The notes under the pieces are model-generated. The model saw only the letters and a list, made by a program, of their open reading frames with translations, was not told the origin of the DNA and did not search any database. Below, in pieces: positions 62,228 through 64,000 of a stretch of 64,000 nucleotides of DNA (the stretch's first letter is position 1; each line of letters starts with the position of its first letter). The position numbers were made by a program, and so were the translations under genes. Source of the stretch: a virus; IMG/VR virus record IMGVR_UViG_3300042291_001568, positions 32,001-96,000 of that record; one strand, 5' to 3'.

Positions 62228-63082
62228 ATGGATGTAAAGGTAAAAACGATTGAGATTGAAGACGGCGTAAACGGCTACGTTGATCTTGTTCAACACGTGT
62301 TAAAGCACGGCGAGCATGTCGCGCCTAGAGGAATGAATACTAGAGAAATAGAAGATGCTACTATTTATATTTCAGACGTCAGAGCCGCGCTTCCTTTAGG
62401 TGTAAACCGAGGCACTGTTCCAGGTATCGGTGCTGTTGAAGCATGCCAATTGATGTCAGGGCTAAGCATTCCGCAATTGGTGATTGACATTGGTCCGCAG
62501 TTTGCCAATTACACGGAGGACGACGGGCTATTTCACGGCTCGTACGGAACAAGAACAAAAGGTCAATACGATGTGATGATTGAAAGACTACGCAAAGACC
62601 CAGATACGAGACAAGCAGTAGTCACTATTTGGAATCCTGAGCGTGACATGCTTGAAAAGAAGCGCGACTACCCTTGCACAATTTTGCATCAGTTCCGTAT
62701 CCGCAATAACAAGCTTAACATGAGCGTATATATGCGATCAAATGACGTGTGGCTTGGCGCCGCATACGATTTCTTTCAATTCACACGAGTGCAATTGGCT
62801 ATGTGCTCCGTTCTTGGTATTGAGCCAGGTGCCTATGCCCACCACGTCGGTTCTCTTCACATTTACGAAAACAACTATGAAGCAGCGGACGCTCTTAGAA
62901 AAACAAGCAATGTTGAAGTACCGCCAGAAATAACAGGAAGATCGTGGCGTGAAGTCGAAGCTTCTGCATCTTTAGCGTTGTACGCAACTACGCACCCAGA
63001 CACACTTGAACGTTTATCACCAGCCGAGCGGTGGTACGCAGACGCAATGATCAAAGCAATAGACAAGAACAAAGGAAAATAA
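62228..63082 (+). CDS. ThyA-family enzyme, probable dCMP hydroxymethylase/methylase
   Basis: TRQAVV.IW, catalytic PCT, YMRSNDVWLGAAYD (Asp at the E. coli ThyA N177 position), HHVGSLHIY. Confidence 0.85.
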   Translation: MDVKVKTIEIEDGVNGYVDLVQHVLKHGEHVAPRGMNTREIEDATIYISDVRAALPLGVNRGTVPGIGAVEACQLMSGLSIPQLVIDIGPQFANYTEDDGLFHGSYGTRTKGQYDVMIERLRKDPDTRQAVVTIWNPERDMLEKKRDYPCTILHQFRIRNNKLNMSVYMRSNDVWLGAAYDFFQFTRVQLAMCSVLGIEPGAYAHHVGSLHIYENNYEAADALRKTSNVEVPPEITGRSWREVEASASLALYATTHPDTLERLSPAERWYADAMIKAIDKNKGK

Positions 63083-63084
63083 AT

Positions 63085-63258
63085 ATGGACGACAAGTTCA
63101 ACTCAACACCGATGAAAGATGCTGCGGTAAGCATGCATGAGTTGTATGAAACACTTAAAGAAGCAGGATTCTCTAGACGAGAAGCTCTCGAGCTGGTTTC
63201 TAAAATAATGACATCCGCAGTTAGTGACGCAATTAGACACAGTCAGGACGACCAATAG
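63085..63258 (+). CDS. small hypothetical protein
   Basis: MHELYETLKEAGFSRREALEL; SD AAAGGA. Confidence 0.65.
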   Translation: MDDKFNSTPMKDAAVSMHELYETLKEAGFSRREALELVSKIMTSAVSDAIRHSQDDQ

Positions 63259-63731
63259 TGACGGACACACGTCCTTCGTGGGACGAGACATGGCTCGCTG
63301 TAGCCGAAACTATAAGCAAACGCTCTAGATGCTCTCGCGCTCAGATGGGCGCTGTCATTGTTTCTCACGATCAGCACATTGTGTCAACTGGATACAACGG
63401 GCCGGCGGCTACTTGGCCAGAAGCTGGTGACTGTATGAACTGGTGCGAACGAGCTCAGGGCAAAACTCCACTAGACAATATGTACGACGGCTGTCCAGCA
63501 ATTCACGCCGAAGCAAACGCTCTTTTGTACGTAGACCGCTCTGTAAGTGAGTTTGGAACTATATACATAACAAGCGCACCGTGCACGCAATGCGCTAAAC
63601 TTATTTCTAACTCTGGCATATACCGAGTTGTATGCCGACTTCGCCAGGCAGATATGCATCGGCGTCCGTACGACGTTATTGACTACCTGATAAAGTGCGG
63701 CATTGAAGTATTAGCTATCGAGGACAAATGA
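63258..63731 (+). CDS. deoxycytidylate (dCMP) deaminase family protein
   Basis: RPSWD, RSRC.R..MGAVI, TGYNG, HAEANAL, PCTQCAK. Confidence 0.92.
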   Translation: MTDTRPSWDETWLAVAETISKRSRCSRAQMGAVIVSHDQHIVSTGYNGPAATWPEAGDCMNWCERAQGKTPLDNMYDGCPAIHAEANALLYVDRSVSEFGTIYITSAPCTQCAKLISNSGIYRVVCRLRQADMHRRPYDVIDYLIKCGIEVLAIEDK

Positions 63732-64000
63732 CAACAACAGACTTATCAAACGTACAACTACACTTAGTAGACTCGGCCGAAAAAGCTACTCAGTTTCTTG
63801 AGTGGTTGAGCCAGCGGCGTCCGCACAACGCGCTTGCCGTTGACACTGAAACTGGCGAGCTTCCAGGCAATCCTCGGGACCACGCATTTTCTCCATGGCA
63901 TGGTCGTCTTCGTTTAGTCCAGGTTGGCGACGGTGAGCAAGGTTGGTCTATTCCGTGGGACGAATGGAAAGGTGTCTTCTACGAAGGCATGGATAAGTTT
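63728..64000 (+). CDS. family A DNA polymerase, N-terminal 3'-5' exonuclease domain (3'-truncated)
   Basis: ATGA overlap; LAVDTETG (Exo I), RLRLVQVGD; runs off the window end. Confidence 0.75.
   Translation, partial: MTTTDLSNVQLHLVDSAEKATQFLEWLSQRRPHNALAVDTETGELPGNPRDHAFSPWHGRLRLVQVGDGEQGWSIPWDEWKGVFYEGMDKF

Noticed and set aside
62228-63082. Annotating this gene as ordinary thyA
   Set aside because: The Asp at the N177-equivalent position and the presence of thyX argue against canonical dUMP methylation, so no gene symbol was given.
1-64000. tRNA, rRNA or tmRNA genes; integrase, transposase or reverse transcriptase (DGR)
   Set aside because: No T-loop GTTCGA cloverleaf or recognisable enzyme motifs were found by eye; tRNAscan/Infernal would be decisive.

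Overview
The window is a 64-kb segment of a tailed dsDNA phage genome, with essentially all genes on the + strand. The host is probably an actinobacterium, inferred from a WhiB gene, leaderless genes and a portal/capsid/tail module resembling mycobacteriophage cluster B. (1) 1-13.3 kb holds about 44 mostly tiny ORFs. 29 of them start right after a copy of one promoter/leader motif (CTnnGGATnn-TATAAT/TAAAGT-N6-7-AT, usually followed by ACGACGAA(A/G)GGAC), giving an array of promoter-gene units with duplicated, re-ordered modules. This region also has thyX, an HslV/proteasome-beta-like protease, WhiB, two WGR paralogues and structured intergenic RNA candidates. (2) 13.3-16.3 kb holds the terminase large subunit, a peptidoglycan-binding protein and a 1-kb non-coding region with CAC-rich sequence and five exact-period 66-bp repeats. 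(3) 16.3-60.8 kb is the virion module. Between the portal and the capsid protease lies a 5183-aa polyvalent protein (3 WYL-like, KTSC, 2 ADP-ribosyltransferase, kinase-like, DEDDh exonuclease, SF1 helicase, 2 NUDIX domains). One small beta-module is inserted into five different virion proteins. (4) 60.8-64 kb holds nucleotide metabolism genes: a dNMP kinase, a ThyA-family enzyme with the cytosine-specific Asp, a dCMP deaminase and the start of a family A DNA polymerase. These suggest cytosine-modified DNA. All domain calls come from motif recognition by eye; no database search was run.
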